Positions 23,479 to 35,364 of a stretch of DNA of 64,000 bases are shown here, one piece after another (the stretch's first letter is position 1; each line of letters begins with the position of its first letter). Under the pieces are notes generated by a model. That model searched no databases, was not told the DNA's origin, and was given only the letters and a program-made list of their open reading frames with translations. Both the position numbers and the translations under genes were made by a program. This stretch comes from Elsinoe ampelina. Lineage: Eukaryota. The stretch lies in the NCBI GenBank assembly GCA_010093995.1, contig ML992503.1:983234-1047233 (forward strand), in the 5' to 3' direction.

Positions 23479-26400
23479 CTAGTTGTCCATACCGTCTAAT
23501 TCTATCAGCTTTCTGACCACATTCACCACTTGGTGGTCTCCAACGTCCATGCTCGGATCGTCTAGCTTCTTCTCGAGCAGTTCATCAAGCATTGCCCTCA
23601 ATCGACTGACCAGGACTCCTATCCTTGCCCATCCCCTGATCCTGATCCAGCCATCCACCAGCAGACCGCCGCCATTCTGTGCAGCCAAGGCTAGCGATCC
23701 GCAGAAGAGCAATAACGAGTAGGCATTGCACGGCGTCAGATCTCGCATGAAGATCTTGCTCGTGGCAATCTTGGTGAAGTAAGACATGTACGCCGTATTT
23801 GTTGGGAATGACTGGGCCGAGAATAGTGTACTGGATGGGTGGATGAAGACTCGGTCGTTGGTCGGACGATCCATGTCGGCCGTCTTGGTGAAGAACTTGA
23901 TTGTTCGTGCCTCCGGGTCTAGTGCCACAGAACCCGATACCGACGCAACATATTTTGCATCCGGAAACTCGATACGTGCGATCTGTGGCGTGAAAGAAGC
24001 GGCCACCAATGCTCGTAGCAACGTCTTATTACCGTCGTTCTTATTGTATCGCTGAAAGTTTGCCGAGCCAACATGGTAGTCGAAGGGCACGAACTGGATG
24101 TCCTTCAGGGTTGACAAGTACTGTGTTCTGTTGTTGGCGATGTCTTGGAGCGTCTGAGGAGAAAGGAAATTCTGACCGCACCATGCTCGAAGCATACCCA
24201 TAGGTTCGCCAGCGGCTCTCCGCTCCGACCACTCCTGATATGCTCGCAAGTCGCAGATCAAATCGCCACTGCCGTCGTAGAAAGCAGATCTTGCGGTCTT
24301 TGCCTCTTCCCGCTTGTCTTGTGGACTTACGAATGGGCTCTTGACACTCAGGATGGATGCAATGGTCAAGCAGCTCTCGAGACATCCAAATGTCGCTCCG
24401 ACCACAAGGAGCTTGCCGCATCGGAGATCAGCAGGAATCAGAGCCAAATGGCGACCAAGCGCAGTCAGATCATCGCCATCCAAGATGCCCATCCGATCCA
24501 AAATACTAAGCGCTGTCGAGATCGCAAGGACCTCGGGAGGTGTGATAGCTTTGCCCAAGAAGTCCTGAACGTCGTTGAGACCCATCGCCTTGACGGACAA
24601 GCACAATTGCTCAAGAGGAACTCGTTTGATCTCAGGTTCTGGTCGGTCCGCCATCTTCGTCGCTTCGAGATTTCGAGAGTAGAGTTTGTAGCATGTCCCT
24701 GCAGTGACACGGCCGGCTCGACCCCTGCGCTGCTTACAGGCCGCCTTCGATGCCCAAACCTCAGCTAGACGGACCATGCCAGCGATCGGGTCGAATGAAG
24801 TCTCCTTTACCTTCCCAGTGTCTATCACAGCAACCACGTCCTCGATCGTGATAGATGTCTCGGCCACGTTGGTGGCAGCGATGACTTTTCGCCGGCCTGG
24901 ACCAGCTCTTGGGAACACCTTTCGTTGCTCAACGGGCTGCAGAGATGCGTGCAGAGGCAGAGCGAGGAACTTTGACGACAGCCTCCGAATAGCTGTGAGG
25001 GTTCTGTCAATCTCTGCGACACCCGGCAGGAAGATAAGAATGGCGCCAGAGTCGCCCTCTCCTCTCTGTACCAAGTCCTGGTCGATATAATCGACCACAG
25101 TTGCGATCAGGTCGTAGTTGATTCTTGCTCCTACGGCACGGATAGCAGCGCCCATGTTGGCATCCGTGAGGTCATCTTCGTCCTCGTGACTGCCACGTGA
25201 CTGTGAAGCAAACCCAGTGGCATTCAGGACATCTTCGAGATACACATCAGTGACTGGGTGCGTCCTTCCAGCGATCTGCACTTTCGCCACAGTAGCTGAT
25301 CCGGCAAAGTAGTTTTCGAAAAGATCGGCGTCAAGAGTCGCGCTCATCAAGATCAGCTTGAGGTCTTTCCTGACTTTGAGGACGTCTCTGAGTAGTGTCA
25401 TTAAGAAGTCAGTGTCCAGACTCCTCTCGTGGACTTCATCGATGACAACGTGGCTGACGCCTTCAAGAGCTGCGACCACACCTTTCGCATCTCCGCCTGA
25501 TGTCTGTAGTCGCCTTAGCAGAACGCCAGTAGTGACGAAGGTGATTCTGGTCGTGCCAGGTTTCTGCCGAGATTCACCGCGAATGGAATACCCCACCTCA
25601 TGACCAACAGCAGAGCATCGTTCGTCCGCTACTCTGTCGGCCAGACCAAGCGCCGAGATACGTCGCGGTTGAGTGCATATAATGTTGACCGTCGCACCTT
25701 GCTTCTTCTGTATCATGTCGTCGAGTATGAATTGAACAGATTGCGTTGATTTACCGGATCCAGTCTCACCAGATATGATGGTCACTTGAGAAGTACTGAC
25801 AGCCTTTACCACTGCATCTTTGAGTTGCCAGGCCGGAAGTCTTTGCCTGATGTCGTTCATCTTCTTCTGCTCCGCCGTGTCCTGTCTGGCTTGCCACTGG
25901 GCGAGAAGTTGTTCAGATAGTTGCGGGGAAGGACGAATGGGTATGTTGTGCCGTGGCCCTCTAGGTGCTGTTCTTCTTGACTGCCTTTGACTCTCTGATG
26001 GTAGTCCGACTGCTCTAGCTATGCTCTTCAAGGTACCCGGGTTCTCAACGATGCTCGCGATGTTTTGTTCGAGCCAATCAATAAGTGGAAAGATCATCTG
26101 CTCACCAAGCAGATCCGCGAGACCTTCTTCTATACTTCGTCGAACAATGCTCAATCGAATGTAAGCTGGCAATTTTGCCTGCACTGAAAGTATCGGTCGA
26201 TGAGTAGGATAACCGGTTGGTGGTCTTCGTATTGACACCTCTGTCAGTCCGTGAGCTTGTCCTTGTATGTCAAGCTGTACAACCACAACATCTTTGCCAG
26301 ACCTTCGCAGACGCTCTCCGTATATCGACTCCAACACTGTAATCTCATCTGTCCAGAAATCGGGATCTGGTTCCTCACTTCCCACTCCGTTTGCTGTTTC

Positions 26401-27615
26401 AGTACCGGCTTGATCCAGTAGTTGTGTCTGTAAAATCTCTGCAGCCACAGCTTCGTCGTCTCCCGAAGCAGCCAATGCTTCGCTAGCCACTTCAACCGGA
26501 TACCCAGCAGCAGCAAGCCTCTTTACCTTGTTCTCCCTCTCCATGTTCCCGCTCGCAAGACTGACTCCAGCCGTATAGTTCTCCGGCAAACACCACTTCG
26601 GCAAGTCATCCTCCGGGACATGTATCATCAACCACTCCAACGCCTCTTCCCGATCTTTACACTCCTCCACCGCCTCCTGCGCATGTGCCCTCCTAAACCC
26701 GCTCGCGGCCAACTCATCCACCACCTTCTTCTTCTCACCCTGTCCCATCCTGACTCCATATGGATTCCACCTCGTCCCAACCCTCACCAACGCCTCGACC
26801 TCCCTCCTCATCCTCTTCCCCATATCCACCTTCGGCGCCCTCCCCCATCCCTTCCCACCCAACCCCTTCCCCTCCTCCCTCTCCTTCCTCTCCTTCTCCT
26901 TCCGCTCCTCCCTCTCCCCTCGCTCCTTCTCCTTCACCCTCCTCTCCTCCTCCACCTTCACCCTCGCCGCAAACGGATCCGCCTCATACATCCAGGCCCT
27001 CCCCTCACTCACATCCCCCTTCTTGATCTCCGCAAACTCCCCCTTCCACAAATCCCTGTACTGAGGCGGCAACGCCATGCTCAGATTCTTCCCGCTCCCG
27101 ACCCTGAACAGCGCCCACGTAGCGGCGAAATGCCTCGCTTCCACCGCCGTCTCATGGACACTGATCTCGCGCTTCTCCTTTGGGACCTGTATCGGCGGCA
27201 GAGCAGTGATCTCGCCTGTCTTCGGATGTTTATGGCGCAGGATCACGCTGCTGTGGAACCCGGGCGGGGACGAGGAGCGCGACATGGTGTACTCTGGTTT
27301 CTCCCATTTTTGCTTCTGGCAGTGCTCGTTGAAGAGGGTGAGGGGGAGTTTGCCGGTCCAGGAGGCGCCGGCGATGAGGGTGCGGGTGTCGGGCTTGGGA
27401 GGAATGGAGGGGTCGGGAGGGGTGGTGGTGGTTGTGCCTTTCTTGTTCTTCGAGGTGCTGCTTGAGGCTTCTGTCACGGCGGGGGCGGGGGGTTTGGTGC
27501 CTTTCTTCTTGGGCTTGGAGTCGCCGAAGACGATGTAGGAGGTATCTTCGCCATTGTGAGTCGAGGATGAGGGCTTCGATGGCTTGTTGCGCGGCGGGTG
27601 AGGTTTGTTCGGCAT
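23479..27615 (-). CDS. DEAH-box RNA helicase, DHX57/Ucp12/YLR419W-like (dsRBD-like, UBA, RWD, helicase, HA2, OB domains)
   Basis: 1378-aa ORF with GETGSGKSTQ, TQPRRISA, DEVHERSLDTD, SAT, TNVAETSITI and QRRGRAGR. Confidence 0.93.
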   Translation of the reverse strand: MPNKPHPPRNKPSKPSSSTHNGEDTSYIVFGDSKPKKKGTKPPAPAVTEASSSTSKNKKGTTTTTPPDPSIPPKPDTRTLIAGASWTGKLPLTLFNEHCQKQKWEKPEYTMSRSSSPPGFHSSVILRHKHPKTGEITALPPIQVPKEKREISVHETAVEARHFAATWALFRVGSGKNLSMALPPQYRDLWKGEFAEIKKGDVSEGRAWMYEADPFAARVKVEEERRVKEKERGEREERKEKERKEREEGKGLGGKGWGRAPKVDMGKRMRREVEALVRVGTRWNPYGVRMGQGEKKKVVDELAASGFRRAHAQEAVEECKDREEALEWLMIHVPEDDLPKWCLPENYTAGVSLASGNMERENKVKRLAAAGYPVEVASEALAASGDDEAVAAEILQTQLLDQAGTETANGVGSEEPDPDFWTDEITVLESIYGERLRRSGKDVVVVQLDIQGQAHGLTEVSIRRPPTGYPTHRPILSVQAKLPAYIRLSIVRRSIEEGLADLLGEQMIFPLIDWLEQNIASIVENPGTLKSIARAVGLPSESQRQSRRTAPRGPRHNIPIRPSPQLSEQLLAQWQARQDTAEQKKMNDIRQRLPAWQLKDAVVKAVSTSQVTIISGETGSGKSTQSVQFILDDMIQKKQGATVNIICTQPRRISALGLADRVADERCSAVGHEVGYSIRGESRQKPGTTRITFVTTGVLLRRLQTSGGDAKGVVAALEGVSHVVIDEVHERSLDTDFLMTLLRDVLKVRKDLKLILMSATLDADLFENYFAGSATVAKVQIAGRTHPVTDVYLEDVLNATGFASQSRGSHEDEDDLTDANMGAAIRAVGARINYDLIATVVDYIDQDLVQRGEGDSGAILIFLPGVAEIDRTLTAIRRLSSKFLALPLHASLQPVEQRKVFPRAGPGRRKVIAATNVAETSITIEDVVAVIDTGKVKETSFDPIAGMVRLAEVWASKAACKQRRGRAGRVTAGTCYKLYSRNLEATKMADRPEPEIKRVPLEQLCLSVKAMGLNDVQDFLGKAITPPEVLAISTALSILDRMGILDGDDLTALGRHLALIPADLRCGKLLVVGATFGCLESCLTIASILSVKSPFVSPQDKREEAKTARSAFYDGSGDLICDLRAYQEWSERRAAGEPMGMLRAWCGQNFLSPQTLQDIANNRTQYLSTLKDIQFVPFDYHVGSANFQRYNKNDGNKTLLRALVAASFTPQIARIEFPDAKYVASVSGSVALDPEARTIKFFTKTADMDRPTNDRVFIHPSSTLFSAQSFPTNTAYMSYFTKIATSKIFMRDLTPCNAYSLLLFCGSLALAAQNGGGLLVDGWIRIRGWARIGVLVSRLRAMLDELLEKKLDDPSMDVGDHQVVNVVRKLIELDGMDN

Positions 27616-27930
27616 TTGAATGAGAGGGGAGTGGGGTGGGAAATTCTAAGGCGAGATTCGAGGTTGGATGAGAAATATCACAGAACGTCACATTTGATGG
27701 GACCACACATGTGCAAAAGGCAGTTGTTTGATACAATAAAGCTGCCCACGCTTGACTTTCTATGCTACAGGTGCTTTTACTTTCCTCTACATCTGCTTCA
27801 GAAGTGTTCTGGTATGCCAATTCTCACTAGATTTTTCTGCCTCAGTCACCTCCCGCCCGTATGATCACATCAATATGTCACGGTCCCACACACACACCTC
27901 CAAAACCCATGCTCTTGTCAAGAATCACAC

Positions 27931-28893
27931 CTATGGTGAGACTGGTCCCTGCCTGCTCTTAGGCCTTGGTCTCGTGCCAGAGCCAACACGCTTGGCCTCG
28001 GGTCTCTGCAAGTGATGTGCAGGAATCCAGCTCTGGTCGAATGCTTGGGAGCTGCTGGTGACAGCAGGACCATCATCGCCAACGACGCTGACCTGCTCCG
28101 AGGGGTCGACCTTCTTGGAACCGCCGGATGACTTCTTGGCGCGCTCGCCTCCCTTGCCCTTGCCCCTCTTCTGTGGGAAGAAAGTGGTTATCCAGGTGTT
28201 GTAGATGAAGTAGCAAGTTCCGCCAAAAGCTGCCGCGAGGATCAAGTAAAGGAAGATGCTGCTTGAATTAGCACACGTGACGTCCGAGCTGGTCTGGGTA
28301 ATTCTTACATCTGCGGGTCGAAGATGCTAGAGGGGGCTTCAACAACGCTGACAGTCTGGTTGAAGAACTGGTAGGTATAGACAGCTCCCTTGCTATCTTG
28401 AATCACGGCAGTCAATGCCAAGGTGAGATCCTGCGGATGCATCTCGTTGACGAATGAGTACGAGAAACTTTCGGCTGTTCCGGCTGGGATCTCTGAGCCA
28501 TAACGGGTAGTCGTCAAGTTGCGAAGGATTTGAGGTGGGCTTGGGGCGCCTGGTACGCCAACTGGTGTCAAAAGCGAGCCTCCAATGAATGCAAGAGACA
28601 CCGGGGACGTCTCCTCGTTCTTGACAGAAACCATTGCCTCGGTCGGGTGGTAGTTGACTAGTTTGATACCGAAGATTTCGGACTGTGGAAAGGTCGCCGA
28701 GATCTTGAGCTTGAGGTTCGGCGAAGTGGCAGGATCTTGGACCTTCTCGTCGACATCTGGGATCGCGTCGGCCTGCATAGGCCGTCAGTCGCTGGAATAG
28801 CACGGAGACTCGCCAATTGACACGTACCTGAGCCAATGCCATCCATGCGTTTGAGAGCAAGAGCGCCAGCGCGCTCAACTTGATGGCGACCAT
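27931..28893 (-). CDS. IRC22: Translocon-associated protein alpha / Irc22-like ER membrane protein
   Basis: Signal peptide MVAIKLSALALLLSNAWMALAQ and two introns. Luminal part FPQSEIFGIKLVN..VSVVEAPSSIFDPQ, then a TM helix and the tail WIPAHHLQRP. Confidence 0.85.
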
Positions 28894-29146
28894 GATGGGT
28901 GGTTTTGAGAATGAGGTGGATGAGATCAGGGAGTGTGAGGACTTTGAGAGATACAGTATTTCATTCCACTTGTGAGGCCAGCTGGAGCTTCATCCACAAG
29001 CTTCCCTGCCACCTCGGACCACGGGCCGTTGGGCCGCCAGGCAATCAAACTGCCACCTCTGACCTCACTCTTCCTGCTCATTATGCATGCTTCACTGACC
29101 GATGCTTAAGTTGCCCATGTGGTGTGCCCCAGTCATCGCCGTTCCT

Positions 29147-29701
29147 TCAGTCCACCTCTACTGTCTCCTCAAGCAGACGTTTCACCTCCGTCCCATTGTC
29201 TCTGTTCTGTAGACCGCCCTTCTGGTCGCTCGCTTCCTCCTGTGCCTCCTTCTCATCTTCATCGTCAACACGTGCATGCTTGCTGAAAGTGCTCGCTATG
29301 TCGCCTGTGTCAGCGTAACAAGCATTTCTACTCCGAACGATATCGTACCTATGACGCTGAACATGCTGACATCGGGCAGATCCATCCATTCACGCTCTTT
29401 CTCTCTCTTTGCTTGCTCCACGTGGATGAGGTGCTCCAGTTTCATCTTCTTCTTCTTTGCGAGGAGCTTGTTGCGCAGATGTGCAGACTTCTGGTCACGC
29501 AGAACCTGGAGCTTAGACTCTGTGACCCATCCGTGCAGTTCTTCTTTCTCCATCGCACTGGCGTGGTCAGAGATGTCCTACAGTCGCCACGAAAGGTCAG
29601 AATGCTTACTGTCCTATATCATCCCATTCTTTGACTAAGGCATCGACCTGTTTCTTCAGGCTGACAAGCTTGGCGGCATTGATGGGCGCCGTGTTCGGCA
29701 T
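29147..29701 (-). CDS. Small orphan coiled-coil protein (3 predicted exons)
   Basis: ATG 29701. A GTAAGC..CTGAC..TAG intron (32 nt) and a GTACGA..GCTGACACAG intron both join in frame to give a charged helical protein. Confidence 0.5.
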
Positions 29702-30349
29702 GTCGTCGGAAGTGCTGGCAATGGCCGGAGGATGCGCGTGATATGTAAATTTGGAGCGTGATTTTAGTCGTGTTTACGACATAGAAGTTACGCTTGGTGA
29801 TTGGGAAGAAGTAGGCGATAGTCAAAATTCCTGCGATGTGGAAGAAGCCTGGAGGCGAGCAGCAGAAGTTACCAGGTCCAAGAAAAGCTCTGTTTGGCAA
29901 GCACCGATGGGTGCCTGCAGCTTCACGTGTCAATCCCGACATCTTGGGTCGCCAGCACATACATGTCTGTGATTGGCTCAGACGCTTGTGCAAACGGAGC
30001 TATAGCGCTAGAGACCAATGTTTGCCTGAACACGTCTTCTGCGCGCGTCGGCCTCTTTCCATTGAGCTCTTTTTCTGCAAGCTCACCATCAGCACAAGTT
30101 CGATTGTGCAGCTAAAATTGACACCGACTCAACATGGCCTGCAAAAGTCATGATCAAGAGTGATTATCATATCCTGGTAGTTGGGTAACATATTGACGAG
30201 TGCAGGATAGTTCTTGCGCGTCTGATGGGCATCGATCTCGACGACTATCGTCGCAAGAGATGCGAGCTCCTCTGCTACCATGACGCTCGCTTCTTGACTG
30301 CGGCCAAGGGTGGTTTAGCTCTCAGTACGAATATGACGATGGCCAATTC

Positions 30350-31348
30350 ATGCATGGGCCGTTTCTGATGACAACGATAGATTTCCTCACGCAGCCTCCA
30401 AATGACATTCAGCTCGCCCGGACTCAGGCTGCCGGGACAGTAGATGACCCACCCCGTCCTGAAATCTACATGGTGGTAGTTTGTTCTCGCGACGGAACAC
30501 GACTCAAAACCTCTCAGCTCGAGAAATTGATGGGCGAATTGAGATTCTACATCACTGGAGTGGGCAGCCCAGGCGTCGGCAAACGGGCTTGCCGAAGTCG
30601 ACAGAGCGAACGTGATGCAGACAGGATCAGAGCGATCGACGAAGCTGTCCCTGGTAGTCCGGACAAGCCATGGATGGTGCGACGCTCGATGCGAGCACGT
30701 GATGCTGAACGTCGTTACATCTTGACATACGATGATTGCGACAATGTCAGGGCGATCACGACAGACTGGCAGACAGAGCTAGAAGAGCTTCGGACCGGTA
30801 TACCAGCTAGCTTCCCTTTCGCACTACCAGTCCCCCGCAACGAAGATGCCGACCTTGTGATCCCGTACGACATGATCCTCAAGGTCCGAGCTACATCCAC
30901 ACCTCGTCAAGAGAGACGCAATTTCGAGCTTCACCTCGGCGACGAAGTTCTCTGCTACTTGATCGATGCCGCATGTAAAGTACTCTTCCCCGGCACCGGC
31001 ATCGGCGTGCAATACTTCACTCTCCGCCTGGTTCACCGTCCAGAGCTGATGGGTATGGCCCTGCTCATCGATAATAACACTATCAAACCCTGGCAGGGCA
31101 GCAAGGTCACGAAATCAGAGGAGTTGATCGGAGTAGCCAAGCCTGAGGACTTCGACCGCAACTTTATGGAGGTCATGCATATGGGTGTCATGATGGATCA
31201 ACTCACGATGCAGAGGGACAGCATAAAGAAGGAATGCAAGCGTGCTCGTCTGTACAAGGCGGAGCATATGGCGTGGCATGAAATGGACGATGCGGAGAAG
31301 GAAGCGAGAGAGAAAGAGAGAGAGCTGATCAAGCTTGTCTCTGGGTGA
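30350..31348 (+). CDS. Hypothetical protein (probably extends upstream via spliced exons ~30135-30310)
   Basis: 332-aa ORF with globular-looking composition; no family confidently recognised. Confidence 0.6.
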   Translation: MHGPFLMTTIDFLTQPPNDIQLARTQAAGTVDDPPRPEIYMVVVCSRDGTRLKTSQLEKLMGELRFYITGVGSPGVGKRACRSRQSERDADRIRAIDEAVPGSPDKPWMVRRSMRARDAERRYILTYDDCDNVRAITTDWQTELEELRTGIPASFPFALPVPRNEDADLVIPYDMILKVRATSTPRQERRNFELHLGDEVLCYLIDAACKVLFPGTGIGVQYFTLRLVHRPELMGMALLIDNNTIKPWQGSKVTKSEELIGVAKPEDFDRNFMEVMHMGVMMDQLTMQRDSIKKECKRARLYKAEHMAWHEMDDAEKEAREKERELIKLVSG

Positions 31349-31611
31349 TGTGGCTTGGATCTGCACAGATGACGAGCGTAAGGTTCTGGGCGCCACCTGT
31401 CGACGAACACCTGAGGGGCCGCGCATACAAGTGGAGATGGTGCGCAATGGAAGCAGTGGTATAAATCAGATTACCAAGGTCTATCTTTGCTGAATTCACA
31501 TCACACCTCGCTTCAGTAATCATCCTCCCAACGCTGCATAAGTCGTGACCAGCTCTCCAATACCCCTATCTACCGCTATTGCTCCGCATATACTCCATTG
31601 CTCCTTCAGAT

Positions 31612-33519
31612 CTAATTGGAAGGATGCACATTCTTCCTCAACGGCAACACGCCGCCCTCCACTACTGTTTCCCTTCTCTGCGGAGACGAATTCCTGGGCG
31701 AGCCAACGTTCGGCGTTCCCGTCCTCGTCCCTGCGGGCGTGCCCAACCCACTGAACGGGGTGAGCTGGCCCGACGGCGGAACGGGGATCTGAAGGTCCTC
31801 CGGACTGGGAGGGACAAGCTTGGTGGGGACGCCATCGATGTGGATCCTCTTGGCTTCGTTGCTGTAGGATGAGGGGATGATCTAAAGTTGTTAGCTCCGG
31901 ATCAGAAGAGAGAATGGGGGAAAACGCACTTCAATGATCTCGTTGCGAGGGAACTCCAGGTTGGGGATGTCAGTCGCACCGCAGGCCATGAGGTAGCCGT
32001 ATAGCACACGGAGGACGCTTTCGTGGGCAATGATCAGGAGGTCGTTTTGTTCACGCTCGAGTTCGAGGATGATGGGTTCGAGGCGGACGGCGAGGTCATG
32101 GTAGGACTGGAAATGTCAGCATGGATATGCCGCACAAGGGGAGGAAGGCAAACCTCGGCTCGGGGGTATCTGTGGTGGTAAGGGTCCGCTTCGTGCTTCG
32201 ATACTTCCTCGGGGTATTGCTCTCTGATTCTTCGTTCTGACAACTTCTCGCATACTCCAGGGTTGAGCTGGCTCATTTGAGAACGTTGTCGGACTTTGTA
32301 GCCAAGACTTGCGAGGTAGTGGGACGTCTCCACTGTTCTACGCCTGGTTGAAGTCCATATCGTCAGAGGCTTGAGCGCCGTGTCTGGCCCACCTCGTTCG
32401 GTCAGCTTTTGCAGCTCCTCTTCTCGATGCGCTAGAAGAGTATCGCCCATTTTCTTTGAGTACTCCTCCCCCTCGACTGATAGATGAGCATCTGCCTTGA
32501 AGCTCTCGTCTTCTCTAGTTGTACCCGCCCTGGCGAAGTAGGTTCTTCGAGACTTGATGTGCAGGTTGAGCAGGTAGAAGACGATTCGCTGTGAGAGGTA
32601 GTTAAAAGCACAATTATTCACAATGACCCGTTCTCCAGCGTTGATCATCTTGACGAAATGAAGCTCTTTCTCCTCCATGGTCTCAAAGTGTGGTATTCTG
32701 GCATTGATCCGTTGCAGATAGTCCTTAACAGCATCCTCGTCCGTCCGATTGTGATAGTCCGGAGAAGAGATTTTGACGGATCGAACATTCTCCTCTATGA
32801 TTCTTTCGTCTGTGACGTGAGACTCCATGAAGAGCGTCTGCACGTTGTGTTTGAGGAACTCCTTCGCCAGAGCATGTCTGCCCGCCGCAAGAGGGTTGAC
32901 AGCATCGTAGATGGCAATCTGACCATTCTCGTGCTCCAAGAAGCTGAAAATATCCTCTCGGCACTTCTTCAGGATTTTTTGCCGCAACAGGACAGACGAA
33001 GGAGAGGCATCAACGAAGAAGTAGTCGTGTGGAATGTTGTCGTTGCCATCCACAGTCGCCCTCCGATAGTCACCTAAATGGAAGATGCGCGTCTTGACAC
33101 CTAGCCACCGCAGATATCGAGCCAGAGCGACGGAGATATGAGTCTTCCCGCGTGCTGGCAGTCCCACGGTAGCAATTACCATGCGGCCGGAGTGGAAGAG
33201 ACGTCCTGATTCGGTGCTGTAGAGTTGCGCAGGTGCCATACTCTCCTTCTCGGGTAGATCATGGATCGCGTCGACGTAGGTGCTGGATCTACGACGGAAA
33301 TTTGGCGAATTTGCCATGATCTCGGCGGTTCTGGTATGGAAAGGTCAGTGGTGTGGTCTCAGGATGAGAACATTGTACCCCCCGCCTTTTGTAGGGAGGA
33401 TTGGTCCACCGAGTAACTCAAGAGAGCACTAATCGCAAGAAGCGAAACAGGGGATGTGCATTTCTGCGCTTCCGAGCAGACGCCATTAATGAGAAGGTGG
33501 CTTACAAGAGAGTATCCAT
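31612..33519 (-). CDS. 6-phosphofructo-2-kinase/fructose-2,6-bisphosphatase family protein (YLR345W-like)
   Basis: A 14-nt first coding exon (ATG 33519) splices to give MDTLLTAEIMANSP. Kinase P-loop VGLPARGKT and phosphatase-fold segments YPRAESYHDLAVRLEP and IIAHESVLR. Further introns near 32109-32153 and 31882-31929. Confidence 0.9.
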
Positions 33520-34136
33520 GGCGGGCAATTAGTCGCGTGGATCTGGAAGACCTTTTTGACGCAGGCAACGTTGGCCCAACACAGAGGCTCCAGTTGTTGT
33601 AATCGTAGTTCTCGGTTTGTTGTACAAACAAGGGAGGTCACACCGCATGGGATATCAGTTGCGGATCAGAGGGCTGGGCCGAGGCGCATTCTGGTGAGCG
33701 GCGTGCTGGTGGGATATTCTTGGAAGTCCGGCTTAATTCGAGGACAGATGGTTGATAGCTCAGAACAGTGATGGTAATGCTCGACTTATGAACAGAAGAT
33801 ACCATAGAAGGCAGATAAGGCTAGTACATCTAGATATTGACATCAACCTTGGACCACGCTTAATTGAGTTGCTATCCGCCCCGGCCAAAGGTGGACCTCG
33901 CCTGTGATTGGTCGGCGCGGCAAGCTCCCATCGCTGAGCGCATTGAGGTCAGAACATGAATTTTTCCAGAGCTTCAAGCGCATCATTACAACTACCACAC
34001 GACACCTTTCTCTTCGTCCCATTTACCCTCTCCCGACCTGCTCACCGCCTTCCCTGACAGGCACGGTCGTTGAAGGTCGTCCTCCACTACTCCTCCTAAT
34101 ACACCTTGGTCCAGTCGCCCTCCTTCTCAACCCATC

Positions 34137-35364
34137 ATGACTTCACAACCCGGACTGGTCATTCCACCACCTATACCCCCGGTCACAATCCAGAGACAGT
34201 CTTCAAGTGGCGTTCTCGACCCGCTGTACACCAACCCACTCGTATCATCCCTCACCAACGTCTTCAATGCATTCCAGGCAAAGCGAGATGCTCTCGGACT
34301 TTCGAATCCCGGCACCGTAGAGAATGTTTCAAAAGAAGTAACACGCGATGTCTTTCTCAACAACTCGGCCTTCTCGGGATTCAGAGCAGAGCTGCAGAAG
34401 GCCTTCTCCATGGCACCGTTGTTCCAGGTCTGCCATAGCTTCAGCGCAGGCAACCAGCAAATGCCGCCATACGTCTTCATGGCCCTGTATGGTACAAACA
34501 AGGTCAGTCCTGCTGAATCGGGCCCTCCACCAATCTTAACCCTTCCAGGTCTTCTGTCAAGGTAACATCGAATCTGATCTGTCCTTCGCCGCGCGTTTTA
34601 ACTACCGTTGGTCACCACGATGGGTGACAAAGACCCAAACCCAAATCTCTCCCGCAGGCGGCATGGCTGGTCCAGGTGCTGCGCAATTCCAGATCGAGAA
34701 TGATTACATCGGGAAGGACTTTACTGCTCAGCTCAAAGCGATCAACCCATCGGTCCTCGATGGCGCCCTTACAGGTATCTTCATCGGCTCGTACATGCAA
34801 TCCGTCACGCCACGTCTCGGTCTCGGTCTTGAAGCAGTATACAACCGCATGGCAGCGAACATGGGCCCGGAAAGCGTGCTGAGCTATGCAGCGCGGTACA
34901 AGGGGGATGACTGGATAGCCTCCGGCCAGCTTTTGACACAAGGGAGTTTGAGCGCTGCATACTGGAAGCGGATAACGGAGAGAGTGGAAGCAGGTGTCGA
35001 CATGAACCTCGTCCTTGGAGCGGCAGGAGGCGGACTCATGGGAGGACCACGGAAAGAAGGTACTGCTACGCTGGGCGCCAAGTATGATTTCCGCGCCAGC
35101 AACTTCAAGGCACAAATCGACACGTCTGGAAAGGTGGCTTGCGTGCTGGAGAAGCGCGTCGTACCGCTTGTGGGCATCACGTTCTCTGGTGAGATCGACC
35201 ACAGCAAGGTATGTTCCTCCCTTTCAACTCTCAAAGCTCCAACTTACTGACGTATTCAGAACTCCGCCAAGCTCGGCCTCGCCGTCTCCATCGAAGCCGC
35301 CGACGAAGAAGTCGTGCAACTGCAAGAAAAGGGCCTGATCGACCCCGTTAACCCACCATTCTAG
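34137..35364 (+). CDS. TOM40: Mitochondrial outer membrane import channel Tom40
   Basis: LGLSNPGTVENVSKEVTRDVFL, YMQSVTPRLGLGLE and GAKYDFRASNFKAQID. Introns ~34503-34548 and ~35209-35260. Confidence 0.96.
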
